Below, in pieces: positions 9,861 through 20,468 of a DNA stretch of 64,000 nucleotides. This DNA is from Candidatus Scalinduaceae bacterium. GTDB lineage: Bacteria > Planctomycetota > Brocadiia > Brocadiales > Scalinduaceae. A model generated the notes under the pieces. It made no database searches and was not told where the DNA came from. It saw only the letters and a program-made list of their open reading frames with translations. The DNA lies in the NCBI GenBank assembly GCA_046759445.1, contig JBHICG010000002.1, positions 32,001 to 96,000 on the forward strand. The letters run 5' to 3'. Within the stretch, counting starts at the first letter, position 1, and each line of letters begins with the position of its first letter. The position numbers and the translations under genes are program-made.

Positions 9861-12185
9861 TTAAGAATCATCAACTAAAGAAGCCAAATCCTTTGCTGTA
9901 AAATCACATTCGGGGTAATTTGTGCAACCGTAAAACCACATGCGTTTTTTTCCGCGGCGTTGTACTAGATTGCCATTGCATCCCTCACGAGGGCATTTTC
10001 TGTCCGTAGGTATGGCCCTGGCGTTTTTACACTTTGGATAATTTGAACAACCTAAAAATTTGCCCATCCGACTATTTCGTATAACCATGTAACTTCCACA
10101 TTTTTCGCATTTTTCGTCAGTTTTTTGTACTTTGGTTTCGACAACTTTATCACCATCAAGTGACTTTGTGTTTTTGCATTCTGGATAACCGGAACATGCT
10201 AAGAACTTAACGTTTCTATTGAATTTAATAACCATATCTTTGCCACATTTTTCGCATACTTGCCCCGGTTTTTCATGTTGAATAGGCTTCCCATCTGTAT
10301 CCAGAGCTGTCGTATTCTTGCAATCCGGAAATCCCGAACAGCCAAGAAACTTGCCGATTCTACTCCATCTGATTACCATTGGTTTACCGCATACCTGGCA
10401 AGTATATTTGCTCTCTTCAGGCAATTGTTTTACACTGCTCATCTCTATTTTTGCTTTTTCTAAATCAGAACTGAAGTTTTTGTAAAACTCGTTTAAGACT
10501 TTGAGCCAATCTTCATGAGCTTCTTCAATTTCATCCAACTTGTCTTCCATTTGAGAAGTAAATTCTACGTCGAGAATCATGGGAAAGTGTTTAATAAGCT
10601 TTTCTGTGACTAATATTCCTAGTTCAGTCGGATAAAATAAGCGTTTTGTTTGTTTTACATAGCCACGGTTTTGTATGGTTGAAATAATTGCCGCATATGT
10701 GCTTGGGCGACCAATACCTTTTTTTTCCAATGCTTTTACCAAAGTCGCCTCCGTAAATCTAGGTGGTGGTTGAGTGAAGTGTTGGCTTGGAGTGAGCTTG
10801 ATAAGATTCAAAGCTTGATCTTTTTTTAATGTTGGTATATCTTGATCTTGTTTACTTCTCTCCTGATCCGTATATGTCAAGATCGTATGTCCATCAAATA
10901 TTGTCTCTTTACCTCTTGCCTTAAAAATATATTTTTTTATCTCTCCTTTTTTTGGTTTGGCAGTTATTTCTACTTCTGTAATTGAATACTGAGCTGGTTT
11001 TATCTGACTCGCAACAAATCTATCCCATATTAGTTTGTAAAGCTTATATTGATCGACTGTTAAAAATGATTTTATACTTTCTGGTTTTCGTTCTACATAG
11101 GTGGGCCGAATAGCTTCGTGACCAAGCTGTGCTCCTTTTTTTGATATATGAGTCTTTGGTTTAGGCAGCAGGTATTCTTTGCCATATGTTTGTTCGATTA
11201 CTTCACGACATGAGCTTATGGCTTGTTGAGACACACCAAAGGAATCTGTTCTCATGTAAGTAATTAATCCGATAGATCCTTCATCTCCAAGTACAATACC
11301 TTCGTATAATTGTTGTGCTAGCAGCATGGTTTTTTTTGTACTGAATCTTAATCTTATTGATGCCTGTTGTTGCAACAGACTTGTAGAAAATGGAGGTGGT
11401 GCATTGTTAAGTTTAGTGCGCTTTGAAATGTTTGTTACAATATATTCAGCATCTTTTAATACTTCTTCTATTTTTTTTGAATCTTTTTCATTGGTGATTT
11501 CTTTATTTTTGTCATTAATTTTGGATAACTCAGCGACAAAAACTTCCTTTTTGGGCTTGGAAGTGCTTTTTGCCTCAGCATGTATTGGCATAAGTTCGGC
11601 CACAATTTCCCAATATTCTTGAGATTTGAATTCCGTTATCTCTCTTTCTCTTTCTACTATAAGTCTAACAGCTACAGACTGTACTCTTCCAGCACTTAAA
11701 CGTTTAGCGATTTTTTTCCATAGTAGGGGACTTATTTGATAACCAACAATTCTGTCAAGAATCCTTCGTGTTTGTTGTGCGTTGACTTTGTCCATGTTAA
11801 GGGGACCTGGTTCTTTAAAAGCATTTTGAATTGCATCCTTTGTTATCTCATTGAAGGTAACGCGCCTAATCTTGTTTTCTGGTATGCTCAAAGCTTTGCA
11901 CAAATGCCATGCTATAGCCTCACCTTCTCGGTCAAGGTCAGAAGCCAAATAAACAAGGTCTGCTTTTTTAACTTCTTTGCGCAATTTCCCAACTAACTCT
12001 TTTCTAGAAGGGATTATTCGATATTTAGGGATAAAATTATTTTCGATTTCTATACCAAGACTTTTACTGGGAAGGTCTCTGATATGTCCTATTGAAGAAC
12101 GAACAAAATATGATCGACCTAAGAATTTGTTTATAGTTTTGGCTTTTGCAGGTGATTCTACAATTACCATTGATTTTGTAACCAC
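9861..12185 (-). CDS. topA: DNA topoisomerase I
   Basis: IVESPAKAKTI, DREGEAI, SAGRVQS, ITYMRTDS; C-terminal C4 zinc ribbons. Confidence 0.97.
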   Translation of the reverse strand: MVTKSMVIVESPAKAKTINKFLGRSYFVRSSIGHIRDLPSKSLGIEIENNFIPKYRIIPSRKELVGKLRKEVKKADLVYLASDLDREGEAIAWHLCKALSIPENKIRRVTFNEITKDAIQNAFKEPGPLNMDKVNAQQTRRILDRIVGYQISPLLWKKIAKRLSAGRVQSVAVRLIVEREREITEFKSQEYWEIVAELMPIHAEAKSTSKPKKEVFVAELSKINDKNKEITNEKDSKKIEEVLKDAEYIVTNISKRTKLNNAPPPFSTSLLQQQASIRLRFSTKKTMLLAQQLYEGIVLGDEGSIGLITYMRTDSFGVSQQAISSCREVIEQTYGKEYLLPKPKTHISKKGAQLGHEAIRPTYVERKPESIKSFLTVDQYKLYKLIWDRFVASQIKPAQYSITEVEITAKPKKGEIKKYIFKARGKETIFDGHTILTYTDQERSKQDQDIPTLKKDQALNLIKLTPSQHFTQPPPRFTEATLVKALEKKGIGRPSTYAAIISTIQNRGYVKQTKRLFYPTELGILVTEKLIKHFPMILDVEFTSQMEDKLDEIEEAHEDWLKVLNEFYKNFSSDLEKAKIEMSSVKQLPEESKYTCQVCGKPMVIRWSRIGKFLGCSGFPDCKNTTALDTDGKPIQHEKPGQVCEKCGKDMVIKFNRNVKFLACSGYPECKNTKSLDGDKVVETKVQKTDEKCEKCGSYMVIRNSRMGKFLGCSNYPKCKNARAIPTDRKCPREGCNGNLVQRRGKKRMWFYGCTNYPECDFTAKDLASLVDDS

Positions 12186-12469
12186 AGTATACCCTCTTTA
12201 TAAAAGTTTGAAGTTTTAAGACAAAAGAATTGATAATATACCTTAGACAAAGACCAAAAATTAAAACAAAGGTATTCATTAGTGTCAAGGACTTTTATGG
12301 TTGATGCCTTTCTTGTGTACTTTTTTACGTGTTTTAAATCACAAAAATCAAATTTTCTACAAAAAGCAGTTGATAGTTATAACGACGCTTTATATAATCA
12401 AACTTTCACTATTCTGTGGATTATTAACTGGTATTTTATTAAGTATTTTAAAATGTATTAGAGGGTTAT

Positions 12470-14182
12470 ATGCCGGCGACAAATTGGTTTAGAAAGAATC
12501 AGAAAAAACTCTTAGGTATTTTAGTCGTATTTTTGATGGTAATATGGGGAATAGGTCCGGCAGTTGATCTTTTGGTGCCGAAACCTCCTATTGGAGAAAT
12601 CTTTGGTGAAAAAGTATCACAGGAAGAGTTTAATGATACCGTTGTCAGGTGGGCTAGAGTTTTTTTCAGAGACTCTAGGGAACCCGTAGCTGAGCAAGTT
12701 TGGAAACAAATGGCATTATTTCGTCAGGCTGATGAAATGGGTATATTGGTAACTAATGAAGAACTGGCACAAGAAACGCAGAATTGGTTTCCTTTTGACC
12801 CGCAGATCTTTGCTGGCAAAGAGGAATACCGACGCATGCTTGGATCGATATTCCATATGACAGAATATCAGTTTGAAAAGACTTTTAGAGAATATCTCTT
12901 AGCCCAGAAGCTTATGTTCTTTTTAAAAAATTCAGTAAAGATAACCAAAGATGAAGCATTCCAGAGGTATATGAAGGAAAATGAAGAGGTAAAAGTAAAA
13001 TATGCAGCCTTTAAAGCCAAAGATTTTATTAACCATGTTGAAGCCAACGAAGATGAGATTAGGTCTTTTTATGACAAATATAGTGGAAATTTTCCAAATC
13101 CTGAAGAAGGGATCTGGGGTTATAAAGAACCGGAGAAGGTTAAAATAGAATATGTGATGGCGAGGTATGATGTGCTAGAAGAAGTTAATATTACTGATGA
13201 GGAAATGCACAAATATTATGAAGATAATAAGGATGTTATATTCAATGAAGATGTATATAAAGAAGCCATAGATGTATTCAAGGGCACGGAAAAGTCCGAA
13301 GAGGAAAAACCAGATAAAACTTCTATACCAGAATATAAACCGTTTGACGAAGTAAAAGAACGAATAAAAAACACGTTACGGCGTGAAAAAAATGAAGAAT
13401 TAGCGAACAAACGAATTGGTAAAGCTGATAAGTATATCAATGATAATATTGGAAAAGAGATATTTATTAGTTTTCCAAAACTTGCAGCAAAAAACAACCT
13501 GTTGTATATAGTGCCAACAAATCCAGGTGACGGAACAAATTACTTCAGAAAAGACGAATTGAGAAAAGTGATTATAGGCATGGAACAATTACCACAGCTT
13601 GTATCTGAAAGGGACGTAAACGATCCCTCACCACCATTGGGTTCTTTAGAAGGAAAGCTTATATTTCAGGTGCTGGAAAGGCTTGAGCCTAGTTCACCTC
13701 CTTATGAAGAAATCCGTGACAGGGTGGAGGAAGACCTACGTTACTCAAAGGCGTTTAAAAAGGCTGAAACATTTGCAGAAAAATGTATCGATAAGATTAA
13801 ACAAACATCTTTTCAAGAAGGTGTAAAATCTATTCAAGAAGAAACAGGTAAGATAGAAATAGTGGAAACTGATTACTTTAGCAGGCCCGGTATTATTAGT
13901 GAAAATGATTATATCAAGGTTTTGGGTTCCGATAGACCTAATCTTGCAGAAATGGCATTTGATTTGAAAATTGGAGAATCTGCGGTTGCTATAGAAGGAA
14001 AAGGAGAAAAAACATGTTATGTGATAACGTTGGTAGATAGAAAGAAGGTTGATCCAGAAAAATTTGAAGCAGAAAGAGATGCAATAATGAAAGGATACCT
14101 AATTGAAAAGCAATTGGCATTTTTATCTGAGTGGGAATCATGGGTAAATAAAAAAACACGATTAGGAAAAGGTAAAAGCTAA
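12470..14182 (+). CDS. Membrane-anchored SurA-N/PpiD-like periplasmic chaperone
   Basis: N-terminal TM helix, helical SurA-like region, PFDEVKERI / PYEEIRDRV repeats typical of PpiD. Confidence 0.6.
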   Translation: MPATNWFRKNQKKLLGILVVFLMVIWGIGPAVDLLVPKPPIGEIFGEKVSQEEFNDTVVRWARVFFRDSREPVAEQVWKQMALFRQADEMGILVTNEELAQETQNWFPFDPQIFAGKEEYRRMLGSIFHMTEYQFEKTFREYLLAQKLMFFLKNSVKITKDEAFQRYMKENEEVKVKYAAFKAKDFINHVEANEDEIRSFYDKYSGNFPNPEEGIWGYKEPEKVKIEYVMARYDVLEEVNITDEEMHKYYEDNKDVIFNEDVYKEAIDVFKGTEKSEEEKPDKTSIPEYKPFDEVKERIKNTLRREKNEELANKRIGKADKYINDNIGKEIFISFPKLAAKNNLLYIVPTNPGDGTNYFRKDELRKVIIGMEQLPQLVSERDVNDPSPPLGSLEGKLIFQVLERLEPSSPPYEEIRDRVEEDLRYSKAFKKAETFAEKCIDKIKQTSFQEGVKSIQEETGKIEIVETDYFSRPGIISENDYIKVLGSDRPNLAEMAFDLKIGESAVAIEGKGEKTCYVITLVDRKKVDPEKFEAERDAIMKGYLIEKQLAFLSEWESWVNKKTRLGKGKS

Positions 14183-14202
14183 GTTCAGGTTAAGAGGCTA
14201 TA

Positions 14203-15150
14203 TTGGATACAATTTTAGGTATTAAAAAATTGCAAAAAAAACTTATTTGGCCGGTTGTTACATTAGGCGTGTTTGATGGCGTACATTTAGGCCACCAGAG
14301 AGTAATAGAAAAAACCGTAAATCTGGCAAATAAAAAGAAAGGGGAATCAATAGTTTTAACTTTCGGTCGTCATCCAAGAAGCATTCTTTCCAAAGAACCG
14401 CAATCATGTATTACATCACTTGAACATAGGTTAGTTTTATTTGAACAATTGGGCGTTGATATAACAGTTGTATTAAAATTTAGTAAAAAAGTCTCAGAAA
14501 CTAGTGCTGAGGATTTTATAACTAGAATAATTTACGGTTGGCTTGGAGCCAAGGTAATTGTGCTTGGTTTTAATTGTTCATTTGGTAAGGATAGAATGGG
14601 TAATGCATCTATGGTTCATGATTTTGCAAACAAGTATGGATTCGAAGTAGTTACCTGTAAACCTGTAGAATCTGAAGGTGAAACAGTAAGCAGTACTGCA
14701 ATACGAAAAAATATTGTTCAAGGGGACTTACAAAAAGCTAAAGGAATGTTGGGAAGACGTGTTTCTGTATTCGGTACTGTTGTTAAAGGTTCTGGTAGGG
14801 GCAAGATGTTAGGATTCCCTACGGCTAACCTTAATCTTCATCATGAGATAAAGCCTCCATCTGGAGTCTATGCTACAAAAGTTTTTTTAAGTGGGAAGGA
14901 GTATGGTGCAATAACTAATGTGGGGAAAAGGCCCACTTTTGGGGAAAACACACGTAGTAGTGAACCTATAGTTGAGGCACATATAGTAGATTTTAATGAA
15001 TCAATTTATGGGAAGGATTTAGAAGTGCAGTTCCTTTTTAAATTAAGAGAAGAAATAAAGTTTGAAAACATTGACGAACTAAAGCAGCAATTAAAACGGG
15101 ATAAAAAGAGATTCACGAATAGGTCTTTCAAAAAGATATTGACAGAATAA
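14203..15150 (+). CDS. ribF: Bifunctional riboflavin kinase/FAD synthetase
   Basis: GVFDGVHLGH, VSSTAIR, GFPTANL, NVGKRPTF. Confidence 0.95.
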   Translation: MDTILGIKKLQKKLIWPVVTLGVFDGVHLGHQRVIEKTVNLANKKKGESIVLTFGRHPRSILSKEPQSCITSLEHRLVLFEQLGVDITVVLKFSKKVSETSAEDFITRIIYGWLGAKVIVLGFNCSFGKDRMGNASMVHDFANKYGFEVVTCKPVESEGETVSSTAIRKNIVQGDLQKAKGMLGRRVSVFGTVVKGSGRGKMLGFPTANLNLHHEIKPPSGVYATKVFLSGKEYGAITNVGKRPTFGENTRSSEPIVEAHIVDFNESIYGKDLEVQFLFKLREEIKFENIDELKQQLKRDKKRFTNRSFKKILTE

Positions 15151-15166
15151 GAGCATAGCATACAAT
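15139..15166 (+). promoter_or_regulatory. Probable tRNA promoter
   Basis: TTGACA-N16-TACAAT about 40 bp upstream of the tRNA. Confidence 0.5.
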
Positions 15167-15207
15167 GCGTAAGGCTTAATAATTAAACAACTTATAATAG
15201 TTTTTTT

Positions 15208-15283
15208 GGGCAGATAGCTCAGTTGGTAGAGCACGGGACTGAAAATCCCGGTGTGGTCGGTTCGATTCCGACTCTGCCCACCA
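15208..15283 (+). tRNA. tRNA-Phe (GAA)
   Basis: GGGCAGA/TCTGCCC acceptor stem, AGCTCAGTTGGTAGAGC D-arm, CGGGA-CTGAAAA-TCCCG anticodon arm, GTTCGATTC T-loop, encoded CCA. Confidence 0.97.
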
Positions 15284-15312
15284 AATCTAAAATATTTTAA
15301 CTTTGCGTTTCT

Positions 15313-15742
15313 CTTTAAAATAGATAAGGCGGTAATATTAAGAAAAGGGGAAGACATTATTCTTGTAGCATGCAGCGCTTTAGTCGCCAATTCCCTAAAG
15401 GCGGCAACAATGTTGTCCGATAAAGGGATAGAAGCTACCGTCGTAAATATGCATACGTTAAAGCCGTTAGATGTAGAAACGTTAGTGCAAGCAGCAAAAG
15501 AAACAGGTGCTATTGTAACGGCGGAACAACATGTTCTTGATGGTGGTTTGGGGAGTTGTGTAGCCGTTGCCCTTGCTAAAGAATATCCGGTGCCAACGGA
15601 GATGATTGGTATAGATAATCGCTTTGGTCAATCGGGTGACCCGGAGATACTCTTTAAAGAGTATCATTTAACTGCTGAAGACATAGTAGATGCGGCGATG
15701 AAGGTAATTAAGAGGAAAAATCAGAATAAGGGAGTGATTTAA
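15313..15742 (+). pseudogene. Transketolase C-terminal domain fragment (5'-truncated)
   Basis: FKIDKAVILRKGEDI...VNMHTLKPLD...TAEQHVLDGGLGS...FGQSG. The pyrimidine-binding domain is absent, and the ORF-track start lies inside the tRNA. Confidence 0.7.
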
Positions 15743-17032
15743 ATGTCAAAAAGTTGTCTTAATTATATCTGGATAATAATTATAATTTTTTCCTTAAGCT
15801 TATACGACATCCATGCGCAAACAGACCCGAAAACTGATCCGGATACTTATTATCAGAATTTCGAAGAGTTTGTAAAAGTAGTTAAGGAAATACAAAATAA
15901 ATATGTTGATAAAGTGGGTCTGGAAGAATTGCTTAAGAATGCTTACGAAGGGATGCTTGCTGGTTTGGATCCTTATAGTCAATACGTTGATTCAGAGAAT
16001 CTTGAAGAGCTGAAGATTGAGACAGAAGGCGAATTTAACGGTCTGGGTATTGAAGTTGTTATTAAGGATGGTATTTTAACTGTTTTAACACCAATCGTAG
16101 ACTCACCTGCCTTTCGTGCAGGCGTGCTTATTGGAGACAAAATTATAAAAATTGATGATGAATCAACAAGAAATATTTCTATTCGTGAAGCCGTTAAAAT
16201 GCTACGTGATAAACCTCATACGAAGGTTAAGATCACGGTTGTTCATGAGGGAGAGAATGAACCCGTTGATATAACTATTGAACGCGCTAATATTCACATA
16301 AAAAGTGTACGTGGAGCAAAGATAGTTGATAAAGAAAGCAAAATTGGCTACATAGCGGTTAGCAGCTTTCAGGAAAATACTATAAATGACATGGATTCTG
16401 TTATCAAAGATTTAAGAAAACAAGGGTTGGAATCTTTAGTCTTAGACTTGCGATTTAACCCCGGAGGTCTCTTAAATATTGCCGTTGACATGGCGGACAG
16501 ATTTATTAAAAAAGGCGTAATTGTAACTACAAAAGGAAGACATAAATCGCAAGATCATAAATATAAGGCTCACAGATCAAGGACATATCCCAAATTTCCA
16601 TTGATAATATTAGTTAATAATGGGAGTGCAAGTGCCTCGGAAATTGTTGCAGGCGCTATTAAGGACCATAAACGTGGACTTTTATTGGGAACGAAGACCT
16701 TTGGTAAAGGCTCTGTTCAGAGTTTGATTCCAATAGAAAACAGGAATTCTGCCTTAAAGATGACAACTGCCAGATACTATACACCCTCAGGGATTCAGAT
16801 TGATAAAACAGGCATCGAACCAGACATAAAGGTTGACCTCACAAAGGCCGAAGTTAAAGAACTATATACATACCTATCCAGGATTAATGCTAAAGACATA
16901 CGAACAGATAACGGTCAAGAATTTTATAATGATAGTAAGAATAAGGCAAGGTTTGTTGACGTACAGCTCTCCAGGGCAATTGATGTCTTAAAAGGCATAA
17001 GAACTTATGCTAAAACAGCAGGGTCTGAATAG
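15743..17032 (+). CDS. ctpA: Carboxyl-terminal processing protease (S41)
   Basis: LDPYSQY, PDZ, DLRFNPGG, SASASEIVAG, TFGKGSVQ. Confidence 0.92.
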   Translation: MSKSCLNYIWIIIIIFSLSLYDIHAQTDPKTDPDTYYQNFEEFVKVVKEIQNKYVDKVGLEELLKNAYEGMLAGLDPYSQYVDSENLEELKIETEGEFNGLGIEVVIKDGILTVLTPIVDSPAFRAGVLIGDKIIKIDDESTRNISIREAVKMLRDKPHTKVKITVVHEGENEPVDITIERANIHIKSVRGAKIVDKESKIGYIAVSSFQENTINDMDSVIKDLRKQGLESLVLDLRFNPGGLLNIAVDMADRFIKKGVIVTTKGRHKSQDHKYKAHRSRTYPKFPLIILVNNGSASASEIVAGAIKDHKRGLLLGTKTFGKGSVQSLIPIENRNSALKMTTARYYTPSGIQIDKTGIEPDIKVDLTKAEVKELYTYLSRINAKDIRTDNGQEFYNDSKNKARFVDVQLSRAIDVLKGIRTYAKTAGSE

Positions 17033-17144
17033 ACCAAAAACAAGATAAAACAGTTCTGTAAATTTTTAATCATTCCCAGAAGTTGAAGGATAATTCTATT
17101 AATCAAATACACATCTTTGATATTTTCCAGTTTCTTATAAAAAT

Positions 17145-18155
17145 ATGATAATATTGGGCATCGAAACGTCCTGTGACGAAACATCCGCAGCCGTGGTGGA
17201 AGATGGCGTAAAAGTCCTTTCAAATATAGTAGCCTCACAACAAAAACTTCATTCAAGGTTTGGCGGTGTAGTTCCTGAAATAGCATGTCGTGCACATACC
17301 GAAACAATCATATCAGTTATTGACAGCGCTATTATAGAAGCAGATATTAATATTAATGATATAAATGCAATCTCGGTGGCAAACACACCGGGTCTTATCG
17401 GCGCATTATTAATAGGTCTTACCACTGCTAAAATGTTGAGCTGGATATTAAAGATTCCACTCATAACTACCAATCATTTACACGCACATATTTATGCGAG
17501 TAAAATCGAACACAAGGATATTGAATACCCGGCCATAAGCCTTGTCGTATCGGGGGGTCATACAACCTTATTTCTAACGCATAGCGAAACAAAACATACA
17601 CCCGTTGGCGGAACTATAGATGATGCTGCGGGAGAAGCCTTTGATAAGGTTGGCAAAATTTTAGGTTTAGGCTACCCCGCCGGGCCGGAAATTGATAGTA
17701 TTTCCAGAAACGGTAACGAACAGGCAATATCATTCCCACGTTCGTACATGGGAAAGGAATCTCTCGATTTTAGTTTTAGCGGTATTAAGACTGCGGTCTT
17801 ATATCATTGTCTGGGGCAGGATACAAAGCTTGACAGGGCAAAGCCGAAATTAAAAGACCAGGAGATTGCAGACCTTGCAGCAAGTTTTCAGGAAGCGGTT
17901 GTTGACGTTCTGGTAGATAAAACCATTTACGCCGCAACTAAATTTTCTGCTAAAGTAATAGTCCTCGGTGGTGGTGTCGCTTCCAACTCAAGACTTAGAC
18001 AAAAACTTGGAAAAGCGGCAAAGAACCAAGAAATACCACTGTATTATCCTTCAAAAATATTGTGTATGGATAACGCTGCGATGGTAGCAGGGCTGGCATA
18101 CCACAAATATCAAGAAAAAGATTTTGCAGAACTTAATGTTGAGGCAATACCTTAG
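17145..18155 (+). CDS. tsaD: tRNA N6-adenosine threonylcarbamoyltransferase
   Basis: GIETSCDET, HLHAH, VSGGHT, DDAAGEAFDK, DNAAMVA. Confidence 0.96.
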   Translation: MIILGIETSCDETSAAVVEDGVKVLSNIVASQQKLHSRFGGVVPEIACRAHTETIISVIDSAIIEADININDINAISVANTPGLIGALLIGLTTAKMLSWILKIPLITTNHLHAHIYASKIEHKDIEYPAISLVVSGGHTTLFLTHSETKHTPVGGTIDDAAGEAFDKVGKILGLGYPAGPEIDSISRNGNEQAISFPRSYMGKESLDFSFSGIKTAVLYHCLGQDTKLDRAKPKLKDQEIADLAASFQEAVVDVLVDKTIYAATKFSAKVIVLGGGVASNSRLRQKLGKAAKNQEIPLYYPSKILCMDNAAMVAGLAYHKYQEKDFAELNVEAIP

Positions 18156-18157
18156 TT

Positions 18158-18907
18158 ATGGATAGCAACTCTATCAAGAATCTTTTGGAAAAGGTAAAAA
18201 AAGGCGAGCTTACGATAGAAAAGGCATTACGTTTCTTTAAAGATTTTCCATACAAAGACCTGGAATTTGCCAAGGTTGACATCCACCGAACTATTCGCTG
18301 CGGGTTTCCTGAGGTGATTTTCTGCGGCGGTAAGACGCCTTCTCAAGTCTTTAATATTGCCGACCAAATCGTTAAAAACGGAGCAGATTTGCTGGCAACT
18401 CGTGCTAATAAAGAGATTTATGAGTATATTTCTCAGAAATATAAGACTGCGCGATATAATGACATTGCCAAAACAATAGTCATTCGAAAATCACGCCATA
18501 AGAAAAAGAAGGGTCTAGTCTTAATTATAACTGCTGGGACTTCAGACATTCCTGTAGCTGAAGAAGCAAAAGAGACAGCGGAAATAATGGGAAACAACGT
18601 AAAGGTACTTTATGATGTCGGAGTTGCTGGCATTCATCGCCTGCTTAAAAACAAAAAAGATATTTCAACTGCCAGGGTGATTATTGTTGTTGCTGGTATG
18701 GAAGGAGCGCTTGCCAGTGTGGTTGGTGGAATGGTTGATCGCCCCGTCATTGGCGTACCAACAAGTGTTGGATACGGTACAAGTTTTGGTGGAGTTGCTC
18801 CGCTATTGGCAATGCTGAATAGCTGTGCCGCTAACGTTACCGTCGTTAATATTGACAATGGTTTTGGAGCAGCTTATGTTGCGTCACTGATAAATAGTAC
18901 CAAATAG
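18158..18907 (+). CDS. larB: Nickel pincer cofactor biosynthesis protein LarB
   Basis: GFPEVIF, TAGTSDIPVAEEA, DVGVAGIHRL, AGMEGAL, PTSVGYG, NIDNGFGA. Confidence 0.9.
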   Translation: MDSNSIKNLLEKVKKGELTIEKALRFFKDFPYKDLEFAKVDIHRTIRCGFPEVIFCGGKTPSQVFNIADQIVKNGADLLATRANKEIYEYISQKYKTARYNDIAKTIVIRKSRHKKKKGLVLIITAGTSDIPVAEEAKETAEIMGNNVKVLYDVGVAGIHRLLKNKKDISTARVIIVVAGMEGALASVVGGMVDRPVIGVPTSVGYGTSFGGVAPLLAMLNSCAANVTVVNIDNGFGAAYVASLINSTK

Positions 18908-19042
18908 TGAGCGATTTACATAGATTTTCGATCAACCCATCAGATGTTAGCTGTGCAAAAATTACGCATTATATACTTCAAAACTTATTGATTCTATGGT
19001 ATAAAACATTAACTAGATTAAAAAATATTGAGTGAGTTCATA

Positions 19043-19477
19043 ATGATGGAAAAGATAAGAAATGATAAAATTTTAATACATAGATTATTGTCAGAAGCGC
19101 GTAAGGTTATAAAGTTTTCTTACTCACCATATTCAAATTTTCGTGTAGGTGCAGCAGTCTTAGATGAAAATGGCAAGATTTACACTGGTTGTAATATTGA
19201 GAATGCATCTTATGGGTTGGCAATCTGTGCAGAAAGGGTTGCTGTATTTAATGCTGTATCCCAAGGAGTTGAGAGAATAAAGGCAATTGCTATATATTGT
19301 GATAAACAGGATTTTTGCTCACCATGCGGTGCATGTAGACAGGTTATTTATGAATTCTCTAAGGATGCAATAGTTATTTTGGGAACTAAGGGAACTGAAT
19401 ATACTATAAAGACAATTGCTGAATTGTTGCCTTTGGGGTTTTGTCCCAAAGATTTAAGGCATCAAAATTTAGATTAA
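19043..19477 (+). CDS. cdd: Cytidine deaminase (homotetrameric type)
   Basis: SYSPYSNFRVGAA, GCNIENASYG, CAERVA, SPCGACRQ. Start uncertain (19028 TTG or 19043/19046 ATG). Confidence 0.9.
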   Translation: MMEKIRNDKILIHRLLSEARKVIKFSYSPYSNFRVGAAVLDENGKIYTGCNIENASYGLAICAERVAVFNAVSQGVERIKAIAIYCDKQDFCSPCGACRQVIYEFSKDAIVILGTKGTEYTIKTIAELLPLGFCPKDLRHQNLD

Positions 19478-19482
19478 AGTCT

Positions 19483-20268
19483 ATGGGAAAGGGTACAAAT
19501 AGAAGGAAGGTGCCAGAGGGATTTGGGGAGGAATTCTGGAAAGGATTTTGGCAAACAATTCAAAGTGTTTTAGAGATAATTAAAATTCTCCCCCTATGGC
19601 AACGTTTACTTGGAATACTTGCTGTTTTTGTCTTCATTATTGTTATTGTTTCTATAATAGCAATCGGTGATAGTACTGTTGTTATAGTCGGTCTTATTAT
19701 TTTTGGTCTCCTTATTTTGGTTTTAGGAGTTGCCAGTTATTTTCCAATTATTAGATTTAAAGCAGTTAAGAAGGAAATGACTAAGTTACCTAAAAACACA
19801 ATTTCTGAGCTCTTAAAAGGTATTACTATAAATGTATCAAGAATATTGAACATCCCAAATGAAAAACTTAGATCCAATATATTTATGCTTGATGAAAATG
19901 ATTATTTAAAAATTCCTAATGGACTCCATTATAACATCGGAACTCCTGTTGAACTTTCAATAAAAATTCCACCAGGGTACGGTAGCACAGGGAATGCATT
20001 TCTCAACAAAGAGCCAACTATTGCAATTCTCAAAGAAGACTGGGGCAAGTATATTCTTGATGATGTGGAAATGCAAAAAGTGGATAAGAACTTAGTGTGG
20101 ATTGTCTCAATGCCAATCCCCTCATCAGGGACTCTTGGTGAGATAATTGGAGTGTTGAATGTAGATTGTCTTAATCTAAAAAAGGGAAGGACTGATCTTG
20201 AAAGAATAGTTGATGACATGTGGTACTGGGTAAACTTAATATCACCCTTATTATTAAGAAAGGAGTAA
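19483..20268 (+). CDS. Two-TM membrane protein with C-terminal GAF-like domain
   Basis: Two hydrophobic helices, then GYGSTGNAF...WIVSMPI...IIGVLNVD (GAF-like pattern). ATG lies 5 nt after the cdd stop. Confidence 0.6.
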   Translation: MGKGTNRRKVPEGFGEEFWKGFWQTIQSVLEIIKILPLWQRLLGILAVFVFIIVIVSIIAIGDSTVVIVGLIIFGLLILVLGVASYFPIIRFKAVKKEMTKLPKNTISELLKGITINVSRILNIPNEKLRSNIFMLDENDYLKIPNGLHYNIGTPVELSIKIPPGYGSTGNAFLNKEPTIAILKEDWGKYILDDVEMQKVDKNLVWIVSMPIPSSGTLGEIIGVLNVDCLNLKKGRTDLERIVDDMWYWVNLISPLLLRKE

Positions 20269-20270
20269 CT

Positions 20271-20468
20271 ATGAAGTTGAAGGAAAAAACTCAATCAGAA
20301 CACTCTATAATTTACGTACCAGAGCATTTTGGGAGCAAGTCAATATCGGGGCCGAGCAGTGCTTTCATGGAAACGGTTAAGGAGATAAAAGCCTTAAATT
20401 TTGTTGGAAAATCTACTGATGAATTTATAAATGTATGCAAGCTCAATATTCGCAAAAGCCCGTCTTAG
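20271..20468 (+). CDS. Small hypothetical protein (65 aa)
   Basis: AAGGAG RBS just before ATG 20271, directly after the upstream stop. Confidence 0.55.
   Translation: MKLKEKTQSEHSIIYVPEHFGSKSISGPSSAFMETVKEIKALNFVGKSTDEFINVCKLNIRKSPS

Noticed and set aside
15251..15312. ORF-track N-terminus of the transketolase fragment
   Set aside because: It starts inside tRNA-Phe, so it is not a credible start
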